Positions 29,217 to 38,887 of a stretch of DNA of 64,000 nucleotides are shown here, in pieces (position 1 is the first letter of the stretch; each line of letters begins with the position of its first letter). The notes under the pieces were generated by a model, which searched no databases, had not been told where the DNA came from, and saw only the letters and a program-made list of their open reading frames with translations. Where the stretch lies: NCBI GenBank assembly GCA_944332435.1, contig CALVJW010000002.1, positions 8,353 to 72,352 of the forward strand, read 5' to 3'. The stretch is from an uncultured Bacilli bacterium (GTDB lineage Bacteria > Bacillota_I > Bacilli_A > RF39 > UBA660). Made by a program: the position numbers and the translations under genes.

Positions 29217-30155
29217 TTATCGCAAATTTTTACTAATCATTTCTACTTCTTCTGTTAATTGTTTTACACGTTCAATAATTCTTCTTGCTTTTACTTGATC
29301 TACATTTCCTTTAGTAATACTAAGATGTTCTTCTAATTCTTTGATTGATAAATTAGAAGTAAAAAAGGTTGGTAATTTTTGTTGCATACGATACTGTAAT
29401 AAAGGCCCAAGTATTTCATCTCGACTCCACTCTGTTACAACTTCAGCACCAATATCATCAATTAATAATAATGGAGCTTTTTTGATAGTATCAAATTTTT
29501 CTTGATATCCAAATTGAAAGGATGCTTTTAATTCTCTTAAAAATTCTGGCCAAAAAACAAGGGCGCTTTTCACGTTATCTTTTGCAAGTTCATTAAATAA
29601 AGCAGCAATGAAATATGTTTTTCCACTTCCAAAACTACCATATAAATAAAGTCCTTTTACAGCTTGTTTTTTACGGTAGTTTGATAAGAATTCATTGATT
29701 TTTTTGATTGCAGCAAATCGTTTTTTATCATCGACATAAATTTGTTTTAAACGTGCCTCTTTTATTTCTTTTGGAACTGCAAATAAAGAAATATTATTTA
29801 AATATTGATGTTCTTTTAAGAATTTTTTTTGATACTTACACGCAACATAGTTAAATTCTAAATTGCCTTCAATATTCTGTGGTAAATAAACATAACCTGT
29901 GATTTTATTTTTACAACAAAGTAAATTTTTACAATCTTTACAATGTTTATACTCTATAACACAATCTTCGATTCTCGACGTGTAATGAATCAATTTTTTT
30001 TCATCTAGTTGTAAAGAATCAATAAGCAAACGAAATACCGGATCTTTTTTTGCTTGTTCATAATTGTTTTGTAAATTTTCTCTAATACGCTCTTTGGGAT
30101 ATATCGATTTTAATACTTCTTTCATTTCTTCCATATTATCCTTCTTTCTTACCAT
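29217..30155 (-). CDS. dnaI: primosomal protein DnaI (helicase loader)
   Basis: N-terminal Zn-binding CKDCKNLLCC and a C-terminal AAA+ domain with Walker A GSFGSGKTY and Walker B LLLIDDIG. Confidence 0.85.
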   Translation of the reverse strand: MVRKKDNMEEMKEVLKSIYPKERIRENLQNNYEQAKKDPVFRLLIDSLQLDEKKLIHYTSRIEDCVIEYKHCKDCKNLLCCKNKITGYVYLPQNIEGNLEFNYVACKYQKKFLKEHQYLNNISLFAVPKEIKEARLKQIYVDDKKRFAAIKKINEFLSNYRKKQAVKGLYLYGSFGSGKTYFIAALFNELAKDNVKSALVFWPEFLRELKASFQFGYQEKFDTIKKAPLLLIDDIGAEVVTEWSRDEILGPLLQYRMQQKLPTFFTSNLSIKELEEHLSITKGNVDQVKARRIIERVKQLTEEVEMISKNLR

Positions 30156-31435
30156 TGTCCAAGTAAATGTTTCATTTCACTCATTTCTTCTTCACTTGCT
30201 TTTTCTTCTTGGATATTTTGATCAAACCATTCTGGTTTTGTAATGCTCGTACGTACTTCTTTTTTTATCGTACTCTTTTTTCTACCTGTTATTTCTTTTT
30301 GTGCTAACCTCATTGCCTCTTCCACAGTTTTTACATTGCTTCTTACCCATTGTGATGCAATTGCCTCTACAAAACTTTTTGTCAACTTATTATTATTGAT
30401 ACGTAATACAAAATCAATTAATACATTTACAACACCTGGCATAAGTCCCAAGTCAATTAGTAAATATTCTAATACTAATTTTTCATTCTTTGATGGTTCC
30501 TTTCCATGATTCTTACCACATAAAAAGTCATATGGTGATGTTGTTTCAAATTGATAAATGATTTTTGCTCGTGGAGAACTATCTCCCGTTGGTTTACGTA
30601 AGTATTCTGGTTGATTTTTATAAGCTAAACTTGGAAGTTTTCCATCTCTTTCAAAGGTATAATAATTTCTCGCATTCTTTCGTAATAATTGTTTATCAAT
30701 CGTTTTCTTTTCAGTAATCGAATTACGAATCAGTTCTAATACCGCATCATTATCAAAATCATAAATAAATCCTAAACGATAAATTAATTCTTTTGTTTCT
30801 TTTGTAATACTTCTAAAATTTAATATTTCTTCTGGAATAAAAGAAAATACCGTATCTAATTCAATCTTAGAAATTAACTCTAACTTTCTTTTTGTACGTT
30901 TTCTAATATCTGTTCCTAAATGACTTGATAAATCCGTTGCTACAGAATCAAATACATCTGTTAATTTTTTAGTAATATCAGTATAATCTTTTAAATTAAT
31001 TTTAGGCATTTTAAAATAATCAACAATTTTTTCGTATTCTAATTCACCAACGTTGTTATAAAGTGTTGTTGATAAAATAGGGTTTTGAAAAAATTCATAA
31101 GCACTAAGTGGAGAATATAATTGATATACATAATGATTAACATGGTCATATTTTACAAATGTTTTCAATAATCCAATCGCTTCTAACTTTTCTCTTGCAA
31201 TTGCTATTTCATTTAAACTGATTCCCATATTGCTCATTAAATGATGATGTGTCCAAGAACTAGAACATAATTCCATCTTATCTAAATAAGACCATAACGA
31301 AAAATAAAGACTAATGGCGAGTGTTCCAATAATAGGTTGGTACAAACTAATTAATAACTTTCTATCTTGATCACTTAATATTGTTTTATTAATCACAACA
31401 TAAGTATCTGCTGGCAACAAAATAGTTGTATTCAT
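30149..31435 (-). CDS. dnaB: replication initiation / membrane attachment protein DnaB (Firmicute DnaB/DnaD-like)
   Basis: 428 aa with DnaB_2/DnaD-like repeats. Sits immediately upstream of dnaI, as in B. subtilis. Confidence 0.7.
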   Translation of the reverse strand: MNTTILLPADTYVVINKTILSDQDRKLLISLYQPIIGTLAISLYFSLWSYLDKMELCSSSWTHHHLMSNMGISLNEIAIAREKLEAIGLLKTFVKYDHVNHYVYQLYSPLSAYEFFQNPILSTTLYNNVGELEYEKIVDYFKMPKINLKDYTDITKKLTDVFDSVATDLSSHLGTDIRKRTKRKLELISKIELDTVFSFIPEEILNFRSITKETKELIYRLGFIYDFDNDAVLELIRNSITEKKTIDKQLLRKNARNYYTFERDGKLPSLAYKNQPEYLRKPTGDSSPRAKIIYQFETTSPYDFLCGKNHGKEPSKNEKLVLEYLLIDLGLMPGVVNVLIDFVLRINNNKLTKSFVEAIASQWVRSNVKTVEEAMRLAQKEITGRKKSTIKKEVRTSITKPEWFDQNIQEEKASEEEMSEMKHLLGQW

Positions 31436-31527
31436 ACACTCACCCCACTAATGTTAGTTTATCACATTTAAATCTATTAAAAAAGATGAAATGCAAAATT
31501 TCATACTTTAGTTTTATCTTTTCAGAC

Positions 31528-31755
31528 TTATTTATCTTGATTTGTTTTATTACGATGTATCATATAATCATCATAAAACAATTTATCAGGTTTTTTTCCA
31601 AAGATCTCTGCAATTCGAACAGCCATATCATAAGACAATCTACGGCTACCATTTTCTATTTGACAATAAAATGGTTTACTAATTCCTAATCGTTCTGCCA
31701 TATCTTTATTTGTTAATTTCTTTTTATAACGCAATTCTTTCAATGCATAATACAT
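31528..31755 (-). CDS. XRE-family HTH transcriptional regulator
   Basis: 75 aa with an HTH_3 motif (LTNKDMAERLGISKPFYCQIENG). Confidence 0.75.
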   Translation of the reverse strand: MYYALKELRYKKKLTNKDMAERLGISKPFYCQIENGSRRLSYDMAVRIAEIFGKKPDKLFYDDYMIHRNKTNQDK

Positions 31756-31887
31756 ATTGTGACCTCCACTTCTTCACACCGTTATTATAACATAAAAGTA
31801 CTTTTTTAGTCTACTGTCAGTGTACTGTTTTTGTGGTCGTTTTATGAGAAAATGAGATTGGAAATATTTACCAACTATGGAGGGGTT

Positions 31888-32127
31888 ATGGTTACAAATA
31901 AAGATATTAGCAAACAATATAGTATTTTTAGTTCAAATATTAAATATTATCGAAAACAATTACATTATACACAAGAAATATTAGCAGAAAAAACCGATTT
32001 GAGTATTTCTTATATCAAACAAATTGAGTCTCGTGCAGAATATACAAACGTTACTTTTACTACATTATCTAAATTAGCAATGGCATTAAACGTAACCATC
32101 AAAGATTTATTCATTGAAAGAAAATAA
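31888..32127 (+). CDS. XRE-family HTH transcriptional regulator, divergent from the previous one
   Basis: HTH_3 motif (YTQEILAEKTDLSISYIKQIES). GGAGGGG RBS before ATG 31888. Confidence 0.7.
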   Translation: MVTNKDISKQYSIFSSNIKYYRKQLHYTQEILAEKTDLSISYIKQIESRAEYTNVTFTTLSKLAMALNVTIKDLFIERK

Positions 32128-32157
32128 TACCTAGCGCATGCAGGTATTATTTTTTTC
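32126..32157 (+). terminator. rho-independent terminator after the plus-strand XRE gene
   Basis: AATACCT-agcgcatgc-AGGTATT hairpin followed by a T7 run. Confidence 0.6.
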
Positions 32158-33090
32158 ATACATCATACATTGTTTTAAAAAACTAAGTTTTTCAAAATCA
32201 TTACTAAAAATCAAATTCGATAATTCTAATGCTTTTTCACAACAATCAGAACATTCTTCATATAATCTTTTTTCAATATAAAAATCTAATTCTTTTTCTG
32301 TTAATTTTACTGCTTCTAACATTTTTGCAAACAATCGAACAATATTTTGAATTAAAATAGGATTTAATGTACCATTACAACTTCTAATTTCAATCGTAGG
32401 AAGCGTACTACTAACACCAGATAAAAAATGATATAAATTTTTCATATTTAAACAACAACTTTTATCTAGATTACAAACTAATCCTGTAATCGCATCACTT
32501 GCTTTTCCCTTACTCATTACATTTAAAATATAATCTCTAATTGGAATCGCATATTCAAGATAATAATCTCTTATCTTTTCTTTTCCTACTCGACTAAATT
32601 CATAAATAACATCTTCGTAAGCACACCACAACATTAAAAATCGATTCCAATCTTCTAATTTAAAATCTAGGCGATGAAAATCAACATGCAAATGTATCGA
32701 ACACTTCTCATTAGTTGTTCCTTCTAATGACTGTACGATTTCACACAACTGTTTTAATTCATACCAATCATTTTCATCATTATAAAAGATTGGCGATTTC
32801 AGTTCTCCACCATAATGATAATCTGTAACAGATTCATCTACATCTACGTACCAATCTTGACCATATACTAACTCACTTACTTGATAAAATTCTTTTATTT
32901 TTCCTTCTACCTCTTCAAGAGAAGCTTCCGTAAATTCTATTTCGATTCCATATTGAAACGGAATTGTTAAATCTAATTTTGGTTGATACATAAATTGAAA
33001 TTCTCCTATAGATTTTTTTAAATAAGGATTTTTGTTTGTAAGAATAAAAGAGTTCTTTCCTAATTTACTAATATTATAATTCCAAGACAT
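32131..33090 (-). CDS. putative amidoligase (GS-like carboxylate-amine ligase fold, PF12224-like), paralog B
   Basis: 319 aa. Motifs FQYGIEIEF (ExE), YGGELKSP and CSIHLHVDF (HxH). About 55% identical to the upstream paralog. Confidence 0.4.
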   Translation of the reverse strand: MSWNYNISKLGKNSFILTNKNPYLKKSIGEFQFMYQPKLDLTIPFQYGIEIEFTEASLEEVEGKIKEFYQVSELVYGQDWYVDVDESVTDYHYGGELKSPIFYNDENDWYELKQLCEIVQSLEGTTNEKCSIHLHVDFHRLDFKLEDWNRFLMLWCAYEDVIYEFSRVGKEKIRDYYLEYAIPIRDYILNVMSKGKASDAITGLVCNLDKSCCLNMKNLYHFLSGVSSTLPTIEIRSCNGTLNPILIQNIVRLFAKMLEAVKLTEKELDFYIEKRLYEECSDCCEKALELSNLIFSNDFEKLSFLKQCMMYEKNNTCMR

Positions 33091-33102
33091 AATATCCCCC
33101 CC

Positions 33103-34062
33103 TTAATCTTTTCTTTTTACTTTCATATTACACTGCTTTAAAAAACTATATTTTTCAAAATCATTTGTAAAAATTAAATTCGATAATTCTAATTCTTTTT
33201 CCCTGTAATTAGGATGTTTTTCATATAATCTTGTTTCTATATAAGGATCTAATGCTTCTTTTTTTAAATTCACGGTTTCTAACAATCTACTAAATACTCG
33301 AACAATATTTTGAATAAAAATAGGATTTAATGTACCATTACAACTTCTAATTTCAATTGTTGAAATAGATGTTTTCATGCCAGATAAAGAGCGATATAAG
33401 TTTCTCATATTAAGACAACTCTGTTTATTTAATTTACCGATTGGATCAGTAATCGCATCACTTGCTTCTCCCTTGCTCATTACTTTTAAAATATAACCTT
33501 TAATAGGACGAGCAAACGTAAAATAGCAATTTCTCATGTTCTTTTGTCCTACACGACTAAATTTAAAAATAACATCTTCATAAGCACACCATAGTTTTAA
33601 AAACCGATTCCAATCTTCCATAGAAAAATTTAAACGCCTAAAATCAACATGAATATGCACAGAACACTTATCGTTTGAAAAACCACCTAACTGTTGAACC
33701 AACTTGCATATTTGTGCTAATAAAGTCCAATCTTTTTCTTCATTATAAGAAATTGGCGATTGTAACTCACCACCATAAATTCCTTCTGTTACTGATACAT
33801 CTTTATCCACAAACCAAGTTTTTCCATAAATTAATTCTTTTGTTTGATAAAATTGTTTCAATTTATTTTCAACTTCTATCCGAGAAACACCAACAAACTC
33901 TAATTCAATTCCATATTGAAAGGGAATTTTTAAATCAATTACTGGTTCATACACAAATTTAAATTTTTTTATTTTGCTTTTTATAATAACATTTTCTTTA
34001 ATAAGACGAAAAGAACTATGATTTAATATTTGCAATCCTTTTTTACCATTAAACTCCTTCAC
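33103..34062 (-). CDS. putative amidoligase (GS-like carboxylate-amine ligase fold, PF12224-like), paralog A
   Basis: 319 aa. Motifs FQYGIELEF, YGGELQSP, CSVHIHVDF. GTG start at 34062 after an AAGGGGGA RBS. Confidence 0.4.
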   Translation of the reverse strand: MKEFNGKKGLQILNHSSFRLIKENVIIKSKIKKFKFVYEPVIDLKIPFQYGIELEFVGVSRIEVENKLKQFYQTKELIYGKTWFVDKDVSVTEGIYGGELQSPISYNEEKDWTLLAQICKLVQQLGGFSNDKCSVHIHVDFRRLNFSMEDWNRFLKLWCAYEDVIFKFSRVGQKNMRNCYFTFARPIKGYILKVMSKGEASDAITDPIGKLNKQSCLNMRNLYRSLSGMKTSISTIEIRSCNGTLNPIFIQNIVRVFSRLLETVNLKKEALDPYIETRLYEKHPNYREKELELSNLIFTNDFEKYSFLKQCNMKVKRKD

Positions 34063-34090
34063 TGTTAATCCCCCTTTTTTTATAGGTGTT

Positions 34091-34118
34091 ATTGTAACAC
34101 AAATTTAAAAAAATGCAA
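34091..34118 (-). promoter_or_regulatory. sigma-A promoter of the amidoligase pair
   Basis: Minus strand: TTGCAT, 16-nt spacer, TGTTACAAT (extended -10), about 25 nt before the RBS. Confidence 0.5.
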
Positions 34119-34147
34119 GAAAAAAAGAATCATACTATCTATGATTC
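34117..34147 (-). terminator. rho-independent terminator of yebC
   Basis: GAATCATA-gatag-TATGATTC hairpin followed by a T7 run on the minus strand. Confidence 0.6.
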
Positions 34148-34863
34148 TATAATTCTACGTTATGATATACATGTTGAACATCTTCTACATCATCTAACAT
34201 AGTAAGTAATTTTTTAAAAGTATCCAATTCTTCTCCTGCTAATGTTATTTTTTCTTTTGGAAGCATTACAATTTCATCCATTTCAAATTCAACATTAGGA
34301 ATTTTATTATTAATTGCTTCTTTAATTTCAAACAAATTAGTTGGATCTGCATAAATCACTGTTAATCCATTATTTTCTTCAATATCATCTACATCTACAC
34401 CAGCATCAATCATTACTTCTAATGCTTGTTCTGCATCCATTCCTTTAAATCCTACAATACATAAATGTTCATACATATAAGCAACACTTCCAATTGCTCC
34501 CATTTTTACATGACATTTATTTAATACTGCACGAATACTACTTACAGAACGATTGACATTATCTGTTAAACAATCAACGATAACCGTTGAACCACTTGGT
34601 CCAAATAGTTCATATCTAGCACTTGTATAACTCTCATCAGCACCACTATTTACTTTATCAATTGCACGTTTAATAATGTCTGATGGTACTTGTTCTTTTT
34701 TTGCACGTTCTACTAAACGTTTTAAAGAAGCATTACTTTCTAATTCTGTACCACCTGTTTTTGCAGCTTGGTAAATTTCTCTTGCATACATTGAATATAA
34801 TTTAGACTTTGCTGCTCCTGTTTTTTGAATACTTGCTTTTCTTACTTCATACGCTCTTCCCAT
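34147..34863 (-). CDS. yebC: YebC/PmpR-family probable transcriptional regulator
   Basis: 238 aa. Conserved N-terminus MGRAYEVRKASIQKTGAAKSK and the DUF28 architecture. Confidence 0.85.
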   Translation of the reverse strand: MGRAYEVRKASIQKTGAAKSKLYSMYAREIYQAAKTGGTELESNASLKRLVERAKKEQVPSDIIKRAIDKVNSGADESYTSARYELFGPSGSTVIVDCLTDNVNRSVSSIRAVLNKCHVKMGAIGSVAYMYEHLCIVGFKGMDAEQALEVMIDAGVDVDDIEENNGLTVIYADPTNLFEIKEAINNKIPNVEFEMDEIVMLPKEKITLAGEELDTFKKLLTMLDDVEDVQHVYHNVEL

Positions 34864-34979
34864 ACTATCACTCTTTCTACGTGTTATATTTTACGCGATT
34901 TTCTTTTTTTTGACAACTATTTCTTATATAGTCTGTTAGAATTTTTCTATTTTTTGACAATCCATTTATTTAATCACTA

Positions 34980-36077
34980 TCATAATACCTTTTTTGCTGA
35001 CATTTCTTTTTCTAATAATTCTTCTAATATTGATGATGAAGCTTTTGTAAATGGGTGTAATATAATATGCATCATGTCATCATATTCTAAAGGTTGTAAC
35101 GTAACTTCTATCATATCAGTCATTACTTCTAATCGTTCAAATAAGCGTAAAAATTTATTCGTAATATTCTCCTGAATTCTTTTTTGTTTTTCCTCTAATT
35201 GTTGTAAAAGTTCTAATTCTTCTTCCTTCGTATTTGCTTTTTGTTTAGCAATTACTTGGTGTGCTTCTTTTTTAGCTTGATAACGAATTGGTAAATATGG
35301 AACAACCATTACTGTTTCAATCTCATGGTCATAAATATATTTTAAGAAAAAAGCCATGGTCATAAGAAACGATGGTGTTACATTTCTCAACTTATTTCGA
35401 TAATAACTATGATACATTTCTTCATCCACTGGCACTTTATTAAAATTCATTTTAATAATCTGTTCAATCTCTTCTGGTTTTTTGAAATGTTTTCCTTCCT
35501 GAATATTATAAATATAGCAAGTTTGATTTTGAATTCCAAATGATATATTTGGTAATTCATATTCTAAATCATCCTTTTTTATGATAGAAGAAAATCGATA
35601 TGGCGTTTCTAACATAATTCCTTGTTTTTCAATTTTTGCAGAACAAGAAAGTTTATTATTTTCTAAAAAGTAAGAAGTACTTGGTTCCTGCAGTAATTTC
35701 TTTCCACTTTCTAAAAAATCAATTCTCCTTTTCAAATATTGTTCTGGATTTAAAAAATCATCGTATGTTGCATTATTAAATGCAAGTGCAATTATTTTTT
35801 TTACATATTCTTTCTTGCTAATAATTTCCTCATCAATGGGATAAGTATTCATCATTTCCATTACATACTCTTCTAATAATTGATAAAATTGATTTTCCCG
35901 ATGAATTATTAATACCGGCATCATAAGATTACTTGTTACTCCTACATCATATCGAATATTATATGTAAATGTTATTTCTTCTTTTGTATAAGGATCATAT
36001 TCTTTAATATAGACTTTTCCTTCTTTTACGCTAGGTATGATTTCTTCTTCAAATATTTTTTTAATGATTAATTCCAT
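34980..36077 (-). CDS. hypothetical protein, translationally coupled to rnc
   Basis: 365 aa soluble protein with no recognisable motif. Its start overlaps the rnc stop by 17 nt. Confidence 0.4.
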   Translation of the reverse strand: MELIIKKIFEEEIIPSVKEGKVYIKEYDPYTKEEITFTYNIRYDVGVTSNLMMPVLIIHRENQFYQLLEEYVMEMMNTYPIDEEIISKKEYVKKIIALAFNNATYDDFLNPEQYLKRRIDFLESGKKLLQEPSTSYFLENNKLSCSAKIEKQGIMLETPYRFSSIIKKDDLEYELPNISFGIQNQTCYIYNIQEGKHFKKPEEIEQIIKMNFNKVPVDEEMYHSYYRNKLRNVTPSFLMTMAFFLKYIYDHEIETVMVVPYLPIRYQAKKEAHQVIAKQKANTKEEELELLQQLEEKQKRIQENITNKFLRLFERLEVMTDMIEVTLQPLEYDDMMHIILHPFTKASSSILEELLEKEMSAKKVL

Positions 36078-36729
36078 TCACACTTTTCCTTAATGCATCT
36101 TTTGCAGCTTCTTGTTCTGCTTCTTTTTTACTATGAGCAGTTCCCCTACCATATACAATATCATCAATTTTCACTTCTACAGTAAATACTTTATTATGAG
36201 CAGGTCCTTCTTCATCAATTACAATATATTGTAAACTACGTTTATCAGTTTGTACTTTTTCTTGTAAAATAGATTTATAATCATCAAAAAAGTCTATTGT
36301 TTCATTTTCAATAATCGGTATAACATGAGTATGAATAAATTCTTTAACATAAGGAAATCCTTGATCTAAATACATCGCTCCGATAAAAGATTCAAAAATA
36401 TCCGCAACAATCGTTTTGCGATATTTTCCACCATTCTCTTCTTCTCCATGTCCTAAACGTAATGCTTCATTTAATCCTAGTCGTAATGAATATTCATAAA
36501 GAGCATTTTCACATACATATTGACTACGTAATTTAGTCATAGTCCCCTCTTCTTCGTGACTACTACGATATAAATAATCACTCATAATTAATTCTAATAC
36601 AGCATCTCCCAAATATTCTAATCTCTCATAACTTTCTACATGATGCTCGTTTGCATAAGAAGTATGAGTAAGTGCTGTTTCATATAAAGAAAGATTCGTT
36701 GTTTCAATCTTTAATGTTTCTAATAACTT
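36061..36729 (-). CDS. rnc: ribonuclease III
   Basis: RNase III signature ERLEYLGDAVLE, the catalytic Glu/Asp residues and a C-terminal dsRBD (GPAHNKVFTVEV...AHSKKEAEQEAAK). Confidence 0.9.
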   Translation of the reverse strand, partial: KLLETLKIETTNLSLYETALTHTSYANEHHVESYERLEYLGDAVLELIMSDYLYRSSHEEEGTMTKLRSQYVCENALYEYSLRLGLNEALRLGHGEEENGGKYRKTIVADIFESFIGAMYLDQGFPYVKEFIHTHVIPIIENETIDFFDDYKSILQEKVQTDKRSLQYIVIDEEGPAHNKVFTVEVKIDDIVYGRGTAHSKKEAEQEAAKDALRKSVNGINH

Positions 36730-36766
36730 CATCAGTATCACCTTTTTCATTTTAGCACATTTCCTA

Positions 36767-37264
36767 TTATTTATCTAGTTTCCTTGGAAATGGTTTCCTT
36801 GTTTTTCGATACGTTTTCACAAAATCACATATCCCACCAACTGAGTTAGTACCACTTGTTTTAATTGAATGACATTCTTCCTTTTCATCATTAGCACATA
36901 AAAGTAATTTCTCTATTAATTGTTGTTGTGTAATATCTTTTTTTGTCACCAAAATTTTATTTTTATCTAACGCATATTCTTCAAGTAATAATTCTACCTC
37001 TTGTTTTAATTGTTGCTCTTCCTTTTCATCTTTGGTATCAAGATAAATTAAAAATGGACAATCAGGAAATTGCGTCGCACATAAGACAGTTTCTCTAAGG
37101 GTAATATTTATTTCACTTACGAAAAGTAAGATACCCACATCTTGCTTTAGCAATTGCTTAAAGTATTGGCTACAAGAGGAACATGAAATCAATTGAACAC
37201 CAAATTCTGCTCCTTCCAGTTCCATTGATGATGAATCTCCAATCATTAATATTTTTTTTATCAT
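36767..37264 (-). CDS. hypothetical protein (possible receiver-like pseudo-domain)
   Basis: 165 aa. N-terminal KILMIGDSS resembles a CheY-like beta-alpha start, but no phospho-acceptor Asp motif is evident. Confidence 0.3.
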   Translation of the reverse strand: MIKKILMIGDSSSMELEGAEFGVQLISCSSCSQYFKQLLKQDVGILLFVSEINITLRETVLCATQFPDCPFLIYLDTKDEKEEQQLKQEVELLLEEYALDKNKILVTKKDITQQQLIEKLLLCANDEKEECHSIKTSGTNSVGGICDFVKTYRKTRKPFPRKLDK

Positions 37265-37453
37265 TTTAACACCTTCCTCCATAATAATATTATTTTTAAT
37301 ATTCTATTTTTATTTTCCATAAAACTCATAATGAATAAAAAGGTTTATTAAATTACGTACTCTTTTATTACATGATAAGTTTTCTTGTAATCGGTCTTTT
37401 GTTACTATACCACATTTTTAAAAAAAAGGCTACCATTAGAAATAAGACTTGTG

Positions 37454-37482
37454 TTTACAATCACTATGATTTTTAGTATAAT
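37454..37482 (+). promoter_or_regulatory. sigma-A promoter of the yidD operon
   Basis: TTTACA, 17-nt spacer, TATAAT, about 15 nt before the yidD ATG. Confidence 0.5.
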
Positions 37483-37497
37483 AAGTTTGTGATTAAT

Positions 37498-37722
37498 ATG
37501 AAACATATTTTAATAAAATTAATACGAGGATATCAAAAAATTCCTGGTTCCTTTCATAATTCTTGTAGACACATTCCTACTTGCTCTAATTATGCAATTG
37601 AAGCAATTGATTATTATGGTTCATGGAAAGGAAGTATCCTTGCAATTAAGAGGATTTTAAAATGCAATCCATGGGGAACTTATGGATATGATCCGGTCAT
37701 AAAAAAGGAGAAGAAAAAATGA
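37498..37722 (+). CDS. yidD: membrane protein insertion efficiency factor YidD
   Basis: Conserved [15 protein letters not shown]...[10 protein letters not shown]...YDPV. Confidence 0.85.
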   Translation: MKHILIKLIRGYQKIPGSFHNSCRHIPTCSNYAIEAIDYYGSWKGSILAIKRILKCNPWGTYGYDPVIKKEKKK

Positions 37723-38591
37723 AAAAAGTATTGAAAATTGGACTTTTACTAGGAATGATTGTTCTTAGTACAACAGGATGTTTTAAACGAGATAATTTTG
37801 AAGATATTGAAATTTATACAACTGCTTATCCGATAACATATATTACAGAGTATTTATACGGAGAGCATAGTACGATTCATAGTATTTATCCAACGGGGAT
37901 TAATATCAAAAACTTTGAACTTTCAAAAAAACAAATGAATCATTATAGTAATAAAGGGGATTTATTTATCTTTAATGGACTTAGTAAAGAAAAGGACTAT
38001 GTCATTCCGATGATTACGAATAATCCTGATTTAAAAATTATTGATACATCTCTTAGTATGGAATATACAAATGAAGTTGAAGAACTTTGGTTAGATCCTT
38101 CTAACTTCTTAATGTTAACACAAAATATTCGCGATGGACTTAGGGAGTATATAAATAATCATTATTTAAAAGAAGAAATTAATGAAAAATATGAAGATCT
38201 ACGTGTGAAAGTATCTGAAATTGACGCAAAATTAAAATTGCTTGCAGAAAGTAGTACTGATAAAACAATTGTAGTATCATCTGATTTATTTAAATTCTTA
38301 GAAAAATATAATTTAACCGTTATCTCTTTAGAAGAAAATAATAATTTAACAGATAAGACCGTTGAGGACGTAAAAAATATGATATACCAAGGAGAAATTG
38401 ATTATATATATATTCCAGAAAATGGAAAAGTTACAAATACAATCAAAGAAATTCAAAAGGAAACAAATGTTGAATTATTAAAAATTCATTCTATTTCTAA
38501 TATTAGTGAAGAAGATGAAACAGCAAACAAAGATTATATTACATTAATGAATGAAAATATTGATTTACTCAAGAATGAATTATATGACTAA
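37719..38591 (+). CDS. lipoprotein, possibly a degenerate ZnuA/TroA-like solute-binding fold
   Basis: Signal peptide plus lipobox (LSTTGC). Weak resemblance to metal-ABC SBPs but no metal-binding His residues. The ATG overlaps the yidD stop (ATGA). Confidence 0.35.
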   Translation: MKKVLKIGLLLGMIVLSTTGCFKRDNFEDIEIYTTAYPITYITEYLYGEHSTIHSIYPTGINIKNFELSKKQMNHYSNKGDLFIFNGLSKEKDYVIPMITNNPDLKIIDTSLSMEYTNEVEELWLDPSNFLMLTQNIRDGLREYINNHYLKEEINEKYEDLRVKVSEIDAKLKLLAESSTDKTIVVSSDLFKFLEKYNLTVISLEENNNLTDKTVEDVKNMIYQGEIDYIYIPENGKVTNTIKEIQKETNVELLKIHSISNISEEDETANKDYITLMNENIDLLKNELYD

Positions 38592-38670
38592 ATAGTTGAC
38601 TTATCACCAATATTATGATAAAGTTATAAGGCATAGGACAAAAACCAACAAAATAAAGGAGGAATTCAAA

Positions 38671-38856
38671 ATGGCTAGAAAAGTAAGTGCTAAAAAACCA
38701 TTAGCAGGAAATAGAAGATCTCACGCATTAAATGCTACTAAACATTTCCAAAAAACAAACTTACAAAAAGTAACAATTAATGGAAAATCAGTTAGACTAA
38801 GTGCTAGAGAAATCAGAACTTTAAATAAAGCAAATAAAACTGGAGAAATCGCTTAA
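38671..38856 (+). CDS. rpmB: 50S ribosomal protein L28
   Basis: MARKVSAKKPLAGNRRSHALNATK...; AAGGAGG RBS. Confidence 0.85.
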   Translation: MARKVSAKKPLAGNRRSHALNATKHFQKTNLQKVTINGKSVRLSAREIRTLNKANKTGEIA

Positions 38857-38887
38857 AAAGATAGGAATTATTTCCTATCTTTTTTGT
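38857..38887 (+). terminator. bidirectional rho-independent terminator (rpmB and the RnfD-like gene)
   Basis: AAAGATAGGAA-ttat-TTCCTATCTTT hairpin followed by a T-run. Confidence 0.7.

Noticed and set aside
31436-34146. Prophage or integrative element containing the XRE pair and amidoligases
   Set aside because: No integrase, recombinase, terminase, structural or att-like direct repeats were found within or flanking the region. The flanks are core genes (dnaB/dnaI, yebC).
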